Source of the DNA: Nocardioidaceae bacterium
GTDB taxonomy: Bacteria; Actinomycetota; Actinomycetes; Propionibacteriales; Nocardioidaceae
Length of the DNA stretch: 64,000 nt
Direction of reading: 5' to 3'
Assembly: GCA_035765755.1 (NCBI GenBank)
Contig: DASTWW010000212.1
Coordinates: 4,929 to 68,928 of the forward strand
Shown here: in pieces, positions 32,782-41,856 of the stretch
How positions within the stretch are numbered: position 1 is the first letter of the stretch
How the letters are laid out: each line of letters begins with the position of its first letter
Position numbers and translations under genes: made by a program
Notes under the pieces: model-generated
Seen by the model: only the letters and a program-made list of their open reading frames with translations
Told to the model about the DNA's origin: nothing
Database searches by the model: none

Positions 32782-34629
32782 TTACCGCCGAGTCCACAAG
32801 TTCGGCGACACCAGACGGACCCGGAGCACCTGCTCGCGCTCCCGCGCCTCCTGCTGGTCACGCTGCCGGGCGGCGAGCAGCTGGGTCAGCGACACGATGC
32901 CGATCACCTTGGTCGGGTCGTCGCGGTCCACGACCGGCATCCGGTTCACCTCGGCCTGCGACATCAGCTCGGCGACGTACCGCAGCGTCTGGTCGCCGTG
33001 CGTGACCGCCACCGGCTCGCGCATCAGCTCCTTGAGCGGTGTGGTGCCGTCGCCCTGACTGTTGGCCCGGAACAGGGACCGGCGGGTGACCACGCCCTGC
33101 AGCTGACCGGGCGGGTCGACCACCGGGTACAGCCGCTGCCGCCAACCGGTGTCCACCTCCAGCGGCGAGCCGAGCGCCTCGACCGCCTCAGCGACGGTCA
33201 GGTCGGTCTCCAGCTCGAGCACGTCATCGGACATCACCTCGCTGGCGAACTGGATCTCCAGCGGGTCCACGTCGTACTCCCGGCTGAGGTGGTAGCCCCG
33301 CCGAGCGATCTTCTCGGTCAGCACCGACCGCTTGAGCAGCAGCACCGACAGCCCGAACGCGGTGGTGGCCCCGATGATCAGCGGCAGGATCGCGTCGTAC
33401 TGGTGGGTCAGCTCGATCGCGAAGACCACGCCGGTGAACGGCGAGCGCATCACCCCGCCGAGCACACCGGCCAGCGCGATCAGCGCCCAGAAGCCGGCGC
33501 CGACGTGCGGGAAAAACTGCGCCTCCAGCGCGCCGAGCGCGCCACCGATCATGAACATCGGCGCGAGCACGCCGCCGGAGGTGCCCGAGCCCAGCGACAG
33601 GGACCAGATCAGCGTCTTCACGATGAGCACGCCGGCGACCAGCCCGAGCCCGATCGAGCCGGTGAGCTCCATGTGGATGATGTTGTAGCCCACGCCGAGC
33701 GCCTGCGGCACGAACAGGCCGCCGATGCCGATGATCAGACCCCCGATGGCCGGCCACCACATCCAGTGGATCGGCAGCTTCCGGAACGCGTCCTCGGAGG
33801 CGTACACCAGTCCGGTCGCCAGGATGGCCAGCAGCCCGGAGATGAGTCCGGACACCACGCACAGCCCCATCGAGGTGGCGGTCAGGTGCAGCGCCGCGTG
33901 CGCGGGGAACAGCGGCCCGGTGCCGAGGATGGCGTGGCGGACGACGGTGGCCACGCAGACCGCCGCCGCGACCGGGACCAGCGACCGTGGCCGCCACTCG
34001 AAGAGCAGCAGCTCCACGGCGAGCACCAGCGCTGCGAGCGGGGTGTTGAAGGTGGCCGCCATGCCGGCCGTCGAACCGGCGACCAGCAGCGTCTTGCGCT
34101 CGTCGGCGGTCAGGTGCAGGAACTGTGCGAACAGCGAACCGAACGCGCCACCGGTCATGATGATCGGCCCCTCGGCACCGAACGGGCCGCCCGTCCCGAT
34201 CGCGACGGCTGACGAGACCGGCTTGAGCACCGCGACCCGCGGCTGCACCTTGCTGCCGCCCATCAAGATCGCCTCGATGGCCTCCGGCATCCCGTGGCCG
34301 CGGATCTTCTCCGAGCCGTAGCGCGCCATCAGCCCGATCACCAGACCACCCACGGTCGGGGCGACCAGGATCAGGAGCGGATTGTGGTGGACGGCTCCCG
34401 GAGCGACCAGGCTGGTGTCCACCCGCTGGTAGAACACTGCGTTGGTGATCAGGCCGATCAGCCTCAGCAGCGCCCAGGCGACGACCGCGCTCACCGCGCC
34501 GATCGGGATCGCCAGCGCGGTGATCAGCAGGACGCGGGAGGTCGTCGAGAAGTCGCCGAGGTGGCGGACGTCACGGGGAGGAACAGGTTGGGCAGGGGAC
34601 ACGTCAGTGGTTACCTTTGAGGGAAACAT
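32782..34629 (-). CDS. ClC-family voltage-gated chloride channel/antiporter with C-terminal CBS pair
   Basis: GSEKIRGHGMPE, GGPFGAEGPII, GSGTSGGVLAPMF selectivity motifs, plus a CBS-like C-terminus. The start is uncertain: ATG 34629 has no obvious SD, and the alternative is GTG 34602. Confidence 0.85.
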   Translation of the reverse strand: MFPSKVTTDVSPAQPVPPRDVRHLGDFSTTSRVLLITALAIPIGAVSAVVAWALLRLIGLITNAVFYQRVDTSLVAPGAVHHNPLLILVAPTVGGLVIGLMARYGSEKIRGHGMPEAIEAILMGGSKVQPRVAVLKPVSSAVAIGTGGPFGAEGPIIMTGGAFGSLFAQFLHLTADERKTLLVAGSTAGMAATFNTPLAALVLAVELLLFEWRPRSLVPVAAAVCVATVVRHAILGTGPLFPAHAALHLTATSMGLCVVSGLISGLLAILATGLVYASEDAFRKLPIHWMWWPAIGGLIIGIGGLFVPQALGVGYNIIHMELTGSIGLGLVAGVLIVKTLIWSLSLGSGTSGGVLAPMFMIGGALGALEAQFFPHVGAGFWALIALAGVLGGVMRSPFTGVVFAIELTHQYDAILPLIIGATTAFGLSVLLLKRSVLTEKIARRGYHLSREYDVDPLEIQFASEVMSDDVLELETDLTVAEAVEALGSPLEVDTGWRQRLYPVVDPPGQLQGVVTRRSLFRANSQGDGTTPLKELMREPVAVTHGDQTLRYVAELMSQAEVNRMPVVDRDDPTKVIGIVSLTQLLAARQRDQQEAREREQVLRVRLVSPNLWTRR

Positions 34630-34656
34630 CGCAATACGACATTTTAGGGTTCCACC

Positions 34657-35040
34657 GTGCCCAGCGACAAAGACTACGAGCACCTGCTCGCCTTCCGGAC
34701 CCGGCTCCGGCGGTTCGACCAGTGGAGTCGGACCGCAGCGGAGGACCACGGTCTGACCCATGCACAACACCAGCTATTGCTGGCGATTCGCGGTTTCCTG
34801 GGGCCGCAGGGACCCACTATCGGAGACGTTGCCGAACTGCTGCTTGTGAAACACCACACAGTCAGCGAACTGGTGGACCGCACGCAGGTGACCGGGCTCA
34901 TCGAGAGGGTCCGCGACACCGTCGACAACCGCCGGGTGCACCTGGTCCTGACCAAGAAGGGGCAGGACGTGCTGCGGCAGCTGACCGACAAGCACCTCGA
35001 GGAGCTGCGCCGGCTGGCACCGCTGCTCGGCGAGCTGTGA
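34657..35040 (+). CDS. MarR-family transcriptional regulator
   Basis: 127 aa; LTHAQHQLLLAI...TIGDVAELLLVKHHTVSELVDR...DRRVHLVLTKKG is a typical MarR wHTH. Confidence 0.85.
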   Translation: MPSDKDYEHLLAFRTRLRRFDQWSRTAAEDHGLTHAQHQLLLAIRGFLGPQGPTIGDVAELLLVKHHTVSELVDRTQVTGLIERVRDTVDNRRVHLVLTKKGQDVLRQLTDKHLEELRRLAPLLGEL

Positions 35041-35109
35041 GCGTGCCACGCGTCAGAGCCGTCGCTTGTGGCCGGCCAGCACGCTGAAGGGTCGGCGCCG
35101 CCCGCGATA

Positions 35110-35478
35110 ATGGGCGCCATGCCGGTCCGCCTCCGCCCCGCCGATCCCGCCCTCGTGGCGCAGGCCGTCGACCGGTTCCGGGAAGGCGAGGCGAGCGACG
35201 AGGACCTGCGACTGCTCACCAGGCACCTGCTCGCGCTGCTGGTGAGACGGGCCCCGGGTGGGGCGCTCGAGGTCCGGGTGCCGCCGTACGCCGTCGCGCA
35301 GTGCGTCGAAGGCACCCGGCACACCCGGGGCACCCCGCCGGCCGTCGTGGAGATGGATCCGTCCACCTGGGTCGGGCTCGCGCTCGGCGACCTGGCCTGG
35401 GACGAGGCCGAGCGGGGTGGCCGGCTCATCGCGTCCGGGGAGCGCTCCGACTTCAGCGCGCTGCTGCCACTGCTGTAG
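35110..35478 (+). CDS. sterol-carrier (SCP2-like) family protein
   Basis: EVRVPPYAVAQCVEGTRHTRGTPPAVVEMDPSTW...ASGERSDFSALLPL resembles the actinobacterial 'sterol carrier family protein'. Start ATG 35110 or 35119. Confidence 0.65.
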   Translation: MGAMPVRLRPADPALVAQAVDRFREGEASDEDLRLLTRHLLALLVRRAPGGALEVRVPPYAVAQCVEGTRHTRGTPPAVVEMDPSTWVGLALGDLAWDEAERGGRLIASGERSDFSALLPLL

Positions 35479-35630
35479 CAGCGTGCTACCCCTCGGCGCA
35501 CAGCTCCTCGGTTGCGGCAGGCTCCGCCGTCAGCGCAGCGGCTTCGGCCTGCCAGACCGCGGGCCGCGGCACGCTTCGCACCGTCCGGCTCAGGGTGACC
35601 ACCAGCGCCGCAACGGCGGTCAGCGCGCCC

Positions 35631-36071
35631 ATGGCGGCGACCGCTGCGGGCCCTCCCACGGCAGCCATCAGCGCTCCCGAGGAGGCGCGGGACCGGCGGG
35701 ACCGGGTGTGGCGGGCCACCTCTCCGGACGGCCTACGGCTCAGCCTGGACCAGCTCAAAAAACAGCCCGGCGGACGGGCCGCGGTCTCGGTGTGGCAGCG
35801 CCAGGCCAGCGCCTGGGCCCATCAGCTCGTCGACCAGGCCCACTACGGCGAACGCCAGAAGGACACCGAGGTGGTGATCGAGGAGACCTCGCTGCGGCTG
35901 ACCAAGGACCAGGCCATGAAGCTGTCCGAGGAGCTCGACCAGGTGCTCAAGACGTGGAGGAGGACTGTCGAGCCTGCCGAGGGGGCGCGCACCTACAGCC
36001 TCTACCTGATGCTCCAGCCCTACCCCGACGTCCGCTCCGAAGGTGACGACGGCGCCGACGAGCCGGCCTGA
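35631..36071 (+). CDS. hypothetical protein; the C-terminal part resembles the non-HTH half of ArsR-like regulators
   Basis: The 3' two-thirds (from about 35700) have good coding character (RVWRATS...LRLTKDQAMKLSEELDQVLKTWRR...GARTYSLYLMLQPYP). No wHTH can be read in any plus frame upstream. The start is very uncertain (ATG 35631 or GTG 35706), and an antisense small TM ORF (35486-35668) competes for the 5' part. Confidence 0.35.
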   Translation: MAATAAGPPTAAISAPEEARDRRDRVWRATSPDGLRLSLDQLKKQPGGRAAVSVWQRQASAWAHQLVDQAHYGERQKDTEVVIEETSLRLTKDQAMKLSEELDQVLKTWRRTVEPAEGARTYSLYLMLQPYPDVRSEGDDGADEPA

Positions 36072-36093
36072 GGCGGGCGGCATAATCGCGGCC

Positions 36094-37455
36094 ATGACTG
36101 ACGCGCCCGCCCGCAAGTCCACCGACCAGCTCCGTGCCGCCTTGCAGAAGGTGCTGCCGTCGGTGCGCGCCGACCTCGAGAGGCTCGTGCGCATCCCGTC
36201 GGTGAGCGCCGACCCGGCCCGGGCCGAGGACGTACGCCGCTCGGCGGACCTGACCGCAGAACTGTTCCGCAACGAGGGCTTCGACGACGTGCGCATCCTC
36301 TCCAGCGCCGGCGGCGGTCCCGCCGTGGTGGCCCGGAAGCCCGCGTCGGAGGGCGCGCCCACCGTGCTGCTGTACGCCCACCACGACGTGCAGCCGGTCG
36401 GCGACCTGGACGCGTGGGACAGCGACCCGTTCGAGCCGACCGAGCGCGGTGACCGGCTCTACGGACGCGGCGCCGCCGACGACAAGGCCGGCATCGCCGC
36501 GCACCTGGCCGCAATCCGCAGCCACGCCGGCGACCTGCCGGTGGGCGTGACGGTGCTCGTCGAGGGCGAGGAGGAGCTCGGCTCCCCGACCCTCGCGCCG
36601 TTCCTGGCCGAGCACCAGGACCTGCTGGCCGCCGACGTGATCGTGATCGCCGACTCCGGGAACTGGGACATCGGCATCCCCGCGCTGACCACCACACTGC
36701 GCGGCAATGTGGACGTGTTCGTCGAGGTGGCCACCCTCGACCACGGCGTGCACTCGGGCATGTGGGGCGGCCTGGTGCCGGACGCGATGATGGTGCTGGT
36801 CCGGCTGCTGGCCACCCTGCACGACGACCAGGGCAACGTCGCCGTCGAGGGCCTGGTCTCCGGCCCGGCGGCGGACCTGGACTACCCCGAAGACCGGATC
36901 CGCGCCGAGTCCTCGGTGCTCGGCGGCGTCGAGCTGATCGGCTCTGGGTCGTACGTCGAGCGGCTCTGGACGAAGCCCTCGATCTCGATCATCGGCCTGG
37001 ACACCACCCGCACCGCCGAGGCCAGCAACACGCTGATCCCCAAGGCGAAGGCCAAGGTCTCCCTGCGGCTGGCACCCGGCGACCACGCCGAGTCGGCCAT
37101 CGAGAAGCTGATCTCGCACCTGGAGTCGCACGTCCCCTGGGGCGCGCGCATCACCATCACCAAAGGTCGCGAGAGCGGAGAGCCCGGCGTCATCGACGCC
37201 GAGGGTCCGGTGTACGACGTGGCGCGGGCCGCGTTCAAGGAGGCCTGGGACGGCACCGACCCGGTCGACATGGGAGTCGGCGGGTCGATCCCGTTCATCG
37301 CGGCCTTCCAGGGCGCATTCCCCGACGCCGCCGTACTCGTCACCGGTGTCGAGGACCCCGACACGCGCGCCCACGGCGCCAACGAGGGACTGCACCTCGC
37401 CGAGTTCGAACGGGTCTGCCTCGCCGAGGCGCTGCTGCTCAACAACCTCGCCTGA
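36094..37455 (+). CDS. M20-family dipeptidase
   Basis: LVRIPSVSAD, LLYAHHDVQPVG, RLYGRGAADDKAG, VLVEGEEELGSP motifs. Start ATG 36094. Confidence 0.85.
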   Translation: MTDAPARKSTDQLRAALQKVLPSVRADLERLVRIPSVSADPARAEDVRRSADLTAELFRNEGFDDVRILSSAGGGPAVVARKPASEGAPTVLLYAHHDVQPVGDLDAWDSDPFEPTERGDRLYGRGAADDKAGIAAHLAAIRSHAGDLPVGVTVLVEGEEELGSPTLAPFLAEHQDLLAADVIVIADSGNWDIGIPALTTTLRGNVDVFVEVATLDHGVHSGMWGGLVPDAMMVLVRLLATLHDDQGNVAVEGLVSGPAADLDYPEDRIRAESSVLGGVELIGSGSYVERLWTKPSISIIGLDTTRTAEASNTLIPKAKAKVSLRLAPGDHAESAIEKLISHLESHVPWGARITITKGRESGEPGVIDAEGPVYDVARAAFKEAWDGTDPVDMGVGGSIPFIAAFQGAFPDAAVLVTGVEDPDTRAHGANEGLHLAEFERVCLAEALLLNNLA

Positions 37456-37456
37456 C

Positions 37457-37607
37457 GTACCAATATCGTGTCGATATCGCGACCTATGCGTCGCGGTAGG
37501 CGTACCGACATCGTGTCGATATCGCGACCTATGCGTCGCGGTTGACGTACCGACATCGTGTCGATAACGCGACCTATGCGTCGCGGTAGGCGTACCGACA
37601 TCGGTGC
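37457..37607 (+). repeat. Intergenic 45-bp-unit repeat family, locus D (3 units plus 16-nt terminal half-unit)
   Basis: Units at 37457-37501, 37502-37546 and 37547-37591 (GTACCGACATCGTGTCGATATCGCGACCTATGCGTCGCGGTAGGC, 2-4 differences between units), then GTACCGACATCGGTGC at 37592-37607. It starts 2 nt after the M20 stop and ends 29 nt before the purF start. Confidence 0.95.
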
Positions 37608-37635
37608 AGAACGGGCGGACCCCTACACTGAGGTA

Positions 37636-39180
37636 GTGCCTCGGACCCGCGGAGACGGACGCCTCACCCACGCCCTCGACCCGCACGACCTCGGACCGCA
37701 GGACGCGTGCGGCGTGTTCGGGGTCTGGGCGCCCGGTGAGGACGTCGCGAAGCTGACCTACTACGGGCTGTACGCCCTGCAGCACCGCGGTCAGGAGTCC
37801 GCAGGGATCGCGGTGAGCAACGGCCGCCAGATCCTGGTCTTCAAGGACATGGGCCTGGTCTCCCAGGTCTTCGACGAGGCCACGCTCGAGTCCCTCAAGG
37901 GGCACGTCGCGATCGGCCACGCGCGCTACTCCACCACCGGCGCCAGCACCTGGCACAACGCGCAGCCGACGTTCCGGCCGACCGCGACCGGCTCCCTCGC
38001 CCTGGCCCACAACGGCAACCTGACCAACACCCACGAGCTGGCTGAGCGGGTGCAGGGACTGGCCCCGCTGAACGGCGAGCTGGACCTACCGATGCGCAAC
38101 CAGCACAACTCCACGAACGACACGAGCCTGGTGACCGCGCTGCTCGCCCACCACCCGGACACCAGCCTGGAGGAGAACGCCGCCGCAGTCCTGCCCACCA
38201 TCCGGGGCGCGTTCTCATTCGTCTGGATGGACGAGAACACCCTCTACGCCGCTCGCGACCCGCAGGGCATCCGCCCGCTGGTCCTCGGCCGGCTCGAGCG
38301 CGGCTGGGTGGTCGCCTCGGAGACCGCCGCCCTCGACATCGTCGGCGCCTCCTTCATCCGCGAGGTGGAGCCCGGCGAGCTGGTCGCCGTCGACGAGGAC
38401 GGGCTGCGCAGCCGCACCTTCGCCGACCCGGCGCCGAAGCACTGCCTGTTCGAGTTCGTCTACCTGGCCCGCCCCGACACGCTGATGAGCGACCAACGGG
38501 TGCACAGCGTGCGCGTCGAGATAGGCCGGCGGCTGGCCCGCGAGTTCCCCACCGAGGCGGACCTGGTCATTCCGGTCCCCGAGTCCGGAACGCCCGCCGC
38601 CATCGGGTACGCCGAGGAGTCCGGGATTCCCTACGGCTCCGGGCTGGTCAAGAACTCGTACGTCGGACGGACGTTCATCCAGCCTTCCCAGACGATCCGG
38701 CAGCTCGGCATCCGGCTGAAGCTCAACCCGCTGCGCGACGTCATCGAGGGCAAGCGGCTCGTCGTGGTCGACGACTCGATCGTGCGCGGCAACACCCAGC
38801 GCGCGCTGGTCCGGATGCTGCGCGAGGCGGGCGCCCGCGAGGTGCACGTGCGGATCTCCAGCCCGCCGGTGAAGTGGCCGTGCTTCTACGGCATCGACTT
38901 CGCCAGCCGCGCCGAGCTGATCGCCAACGGACTGTCCAGCGACGAGATCTGCCGCTCCATCGACGCCGACTCGCTGGGCTACATCTCCCTCGACGAGCTC
39001 GTCGAGGCCACCGGCGTGCCCAAGAACAACCTGTGCCGGGCCTGCTTCGACGGGGTGTACCCAGTGCCGCTGCCCGAGCCGGAGCACCTCGGCAAGCACC
39101 TGCTCGAACCGGCCGTCGTCGGCCCGAAGCTGCCTCTCACCCTGGGCGGCGGGGCCTCCGACGCCCTCGGACGTCCCTGA
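37636..39180 (+). CDS. purF: amidophosphoribosyltransferase
   Basis: ACGVFGVWAPGEDVAKLTYYGLYALQHRGQESAGI (Ntn Cys after a propeptide) and the PRTase motif VVVDDSIVRGNT. The start is set at GTG 37636, outside the repeat array. The track start at 37558 lies inside the repeats. Confidence 0.9.
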   Translation: MPRTRGDGRLTHALDPHDLGPQDACGVFGVWAPGEDVAKLTYYGLYALQHRGQESAGIAVSNGRQILVFKDMGLVSQVFDEATLESLKGHVAIGHARYSTTGASTWHNAQPTFRPTATGSLALAHNGNLTNTHELAERVQGLAPLNGELDLPMRNQHNSTNDTSLVTALLAHHPDTSLEENAAAVLPTIRGAFSFVWMDENTLYAARDPQGIRPLVLGRLERGWVVASETAALDIVGASFIREVEPGELVAVDEDGLRSRTFADPAPKHCLFEFVYLARPDTLMSDQRVHSVRVEIGRRLAREFPTEADLVIPVPESGTPAAIGYAEESGIPYGSGLVKNSYVGRTFIQPSQTIRQLGIRLKLNPLRDVIEGKRLVVVDDSIVRGNTQRALVRMLREAGAREVHVRISSPPVKWPCFYGIDFASRAELIANGLSSDEICRSIDADSLGYISLDELVEATGVPKNNLCRACFDGVYPVPLPEPEHLGKHLLEPAVVGPKLPLTLGGGASDALGRP

Positions 39181-39205
39181 CCAGCAGCCGACAGCGAGGA
39201 CCCAG

Positions 39206-40294
39206 ATGACCGACCAGCAGGGCGCGACCTACGAGTCCGCCGGGGTGTCCATCGACGCCGGCGACAAGGCCGTCCAGCTGATGAAGGTGTGGGTGGAGAA
39301 GGCCCGCCGGCCGGAGGTGATCGGCGGCATCGGCGGGTTCGCCGGCCTCTTCGACGCCAGCGGCCTCAAGGACTACAAGCAGCCGCTGCTGGCCACCTCC
39401 GCCGACGGCGTAGGCACCAAGGTCGCGATCGCCCAGGCGATGGACCGCCATCACACCATCGGCTTCGACCTGGTCGGCATGCTCGTCGACGACCTGGTGG
39501 TCTGCGGGGCCGAGCCGCTGTTCCTCACCGACTACATCGCCACCGGCCGCGTAGTACCCGAACGCATCGCCGCGATCGTGCAGGGCATCGCCGAGGCGTG
39601 CGTGCAGGCTGGCTGCGCGCTGGTCGGCGGGGAGACCGCGGAGCACCCTGGGCTGCTCGGCCCCGAGGAGTACGACGTGGCGGGCTCGACCACCGGGGTG
39701 GTGGAGGGCAGCGACGTGCTGGGCCCGGGAAGGGTCCGGCCCGGTGACGTGCTGATCGCGATCAGCTCCAGCGGCTTGCACTCCAACGGCTACTCGCTGG
39801 TGCGGCACGTGCTGCTCGGCTCGGAGGACGGTGGGGCCGGCTGGAGCCTGGACCGCGAGGTCCCCGAGCTCGGTCGGCCGCTCGGCGAGGAGCTGCTCGA
39901 GCCCACCCTCATCTACGCCAAGGCGTGCCTGGACCTGGCCCGGCGCACCCGCACCCACGCAATGTCGCACGTCACCGGCGGCGGGCTGGCCGACAACCTG
40001 GCGCGGGTGCTGCCGGTGGAGCTGGCCGCGGAGGTCGACCGGAGCACCTGGAACCCGCAGCCGATCTTCGACCTGGTCCGAAAGGTCGGCAACGTCGAGC
40101 TGGCCGCCCTGGAGCGCACCCTGAACTGCGGGGTCGGCATGGTCGCGGTCATCGACCCGGCGGACGCCGACCGGGCGGTCGCGCTGCTGGAGGGCCACGG
40201 GCTGCGCGCCTGGCCGGCCGGCCGCGTGAGCGCCGCGAGCGAGGACCGGCCGGGCGGCTCGGTCACCCTGGTGGGGCGCCACCCCGGCTGGTGA
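39206..40294 (+). CDS. purM: phosphoribosylformylglycinamidine cyclo-ligase (AIR synthetase)
   Basis: YESAGVSIDAGDKAV, GIGGFAGLF, SADGVGTK, DLVGMLVDDL, GGETAEHPG motifs. Confidence 0.95.
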   Translation: MTDQQGATYESAGVSIDAGDKAVQLMKVWVEKARRPEVIGGIGGFAGLFDASGLKDYKQPLLATSADGVGTKVAIAQAMDRHHTIGFDLVGMLVDDLVVCGAEPLFLTDYIATGRVVPERIAAIVQGIAEACVQAGCALVGGETAEHPGLLGPEEYDVAGSTTGVVEGSDVLGPGRVRPGDVLIAISSSGLHSNGYSLVRHVLLGSEDGGAGWSLDREVPELGRPLGEELLEPTLIYAKACLDLARRTRTHAMSHVTGGGLADNLARVLPVELAAEVDRSTWNPQPIFDLVRKVGNVELAALERTLNCGVGMVAVIDPADADRAVALLEGHGLRAWPAGRVSAASEDRPGGSVTLVGRHPGW

Positions 40295-40481
40295 ACCGGC
40301 GATTCCGGGGCAACTCGACGGGCCGGGTGTGCGGGAACAGCCAGCGGGCGGGTATCGTTGACACCACGAGAAACCAGAGGAGAGACCGGACGCGCGGGTG
40401 TCCCTTTCCGTGAGCCTCGCCAACGGAGGTCACGGGGGGTGCAGACGTGACTCCGGCCAAGTGTGCGAGGGGGTCGACCCT

Positions 40482-40673
40482 ATGGGGCGCGGCCGTGCGA
40501 AGGCCAAGCAGACCAAGGTTGCCCGTGACCTGAAGTACCGCTCCCACGAGACGGACTTCGGCGCGTTGGCCCAGGAGCTGCATGGCGATCAGAGCTCCGA
40601 CAGTTCCCACGACGATGGTGAGTCGGACGAGTACGACGAGTGGGCGGACTACTCCCAGTCCCGGAGCGACTGA
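40482..40673 (+). CDS. DUF3073 domain-containing protein
   Basis: MGRGRAKAKQTKVARDLKYRS... followed by an acidic tail. This is the conserved small actinobacterial protein usually found next to purM. Confidence 0.8.
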   Translation: MGRGRAKAKQTKVARDLKYRSHETDFGALAQELHGDQSSDSSHDDGESDEYDEWADYSQSRSD

Positions 40674-40707
40674 CTCAGGGTCGACCGCGCTGGGCCACCC
40701 TGACGGA

Positions 40708-40725
40708 CCAGCCCGTCTGGGCTGG
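40708..40725. terminator. 7-bp-stem hairpin between convergent DUF3073 and vdh genes
   Basis: CCAGCCC-GTCT-GGGCTGG, a perfect stem with no U-tract. Confidence 0.35.
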
Positions 40726-40755
40726 CCCGTCCAGTGGTCTAGGACAAATTTCTCG

Positions 40756-41856
40756 CTACCCCAGCCAGATGCCGCGCAGCCGGCCGATCTCGGTCATCCT
40801 GCGTTCGGCCAGCCGGTCGGCGGCCACGGCCGGAGGGACGCCCTCCTCGGCGGCTAGCGCGAAGACCCGGTGCGCGGTCTCGAAGATCTTGCCGGCGCGC
40901 TGCTTGGCGCGGTCGAAGGAGAACCCTTCGAGCTCGTCGGCGACCTGGATCAGTCCACCGGCGTTGACCAGGTAGTCGGGTGCATAGAGCACGCCGCGGT
41001 CCTGCAGCTGCTTCTCGATCCCGTCGTGGGCGAGCTGGTTGTTGGCCGCTCCGCACACAATCTTGGCGCTGAGGGTGGCCACCACGGAGTCGTTCAGGGC
41101 GCCACCGAGGGCGCACGGCGCGTACACGTCGAGCTGGCTGGCCACCAGCGCATCGGCGTCGGGGACCACCCGCACGTCGGGGTGCTCGGCCTGTACCCGA
41201 GCCACCGCGTCGGGGTCCACGTCGGTGACCACGACACTGGCGCCGTCCTCGATCAGGTGGCTGACCAGGTGATGCCCGACCTTGCCCACCCCGGCGACTC
41301 CGATCGTCCGGCCGTGCAGGGTGGGTGCTCCCCAGGTGACCTCCGCGGCCGCGCGCATGCCCTCGAACACGCCGTACGCCGTGAGCACCGAGGAGTCGCC
41401 GGCGCCGCCGTGGGACACGCTCCGGCCGGTCACGTACGAGCACTCGTGGCAGATCTGGTCCATGTCGGCGGAAAAGGTGCCGACGTCGCAGGCGGTGTAG
41501 TACCGCCCGTGCAGCGACTGCACGAACCGGCCGTAGGCGCGCAGCAGCGCCTCGGTCTTGAGCTTGGTCGGGTCACCGATGATGACGGCCTTGCCGCCGC
41601 CGAGGTCGAGGCCGGCCAGCGCGGCCTTGTAGGCCATCCCCTTGGAAAGGTTCAGCACGTCGGCGAGCGCGTCCTGCTCGTTGGCATAGGGGTAGAAACG
41701 AGTGCCGCCCAGGGCCGGGCCCAGGGCGGTGGAGTAGATGGCGATGATCGCGCGCAGGCCGGTCGGCTCGTCATGGCAGAACACGACCTGTTCATGGCCG
41801 GTGGCCTGGGCGAAGACGCCGGGGCCGGAGCTAGTAGATACCGAGGCTTCGGTCAC
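40756..41856 (-). CDS. vdh: Leu/Phe/Val dehydrogenase family (valine dehydrogenase-like)
   Basis: [59 protein letters not shown] Rossmann motif. GTG start after GGAAGG. Confidence 0.85.
   Translation of the reverse strand: MTEASVSTSSGPGVFAQATGHEQVVFCHDEPTGLRAIIAIYSTALGPALGGTRFYPYANEQDALADVLNLSKGMAYKAALAGLDLGGGKAVIIGDPTKLKTEALLRAYGRFVQSLHGRYYTACDVGTFSADMDQICHECSYVTGRSVSHGGAGDSSVLTAYGVFEGMRAAAEVTWGAPTLHGRTIGVAGVGKVGHHLVSHLIEDGASVVVTDVDPDAVARVQAEHPDVRVVPDADALVASQLDVYAPCALGGALNDSVVATLSAKIVCGAANNQLAHDGIEKQLQDRGVLYAPDYLVNAGGLIQVADELEGFSFDRAKQRAGKIFETAHRVFALAAEEGVPPAVAADRLAERRMTEIGRLRGIWLG

Noticed and set aside
35486-35758. Minus-strand 90-aa ORF with one TM helix, considered as an independent gene call.
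   Set aside because: It shares wobble positions with the plus-strand ORF, so coding statistics cannot separate the two. It has no recognisable family. It is kept only as an alternative within the finding on 35479-36071.
37457-37607. Could the regular 45-bp periodic array be a CRISPR array?
   Set aside because: The repeats are directly adjacent with no unique spacers. There are only 3.3 copies. No cas genes are nearby. The same unit occurs singly elsewhere. It is a tandem or interspersed repeat, not a CRISPR.
37558-37635. Track start of purF at 37558 (MSITRPMRRGRRTDIG...), and similar N-terminal extensions of purL (28198), purQ (15563), tctC (24885), tctA (23334), the HMGL-like gene (26482) and helD (61728).
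   Set aside because: The extensions run through repeat units or through the antisense of neighbouring genes. They lack homology to the respective families. Internal starts with an RBS and the family-typical N-termini are available instead.
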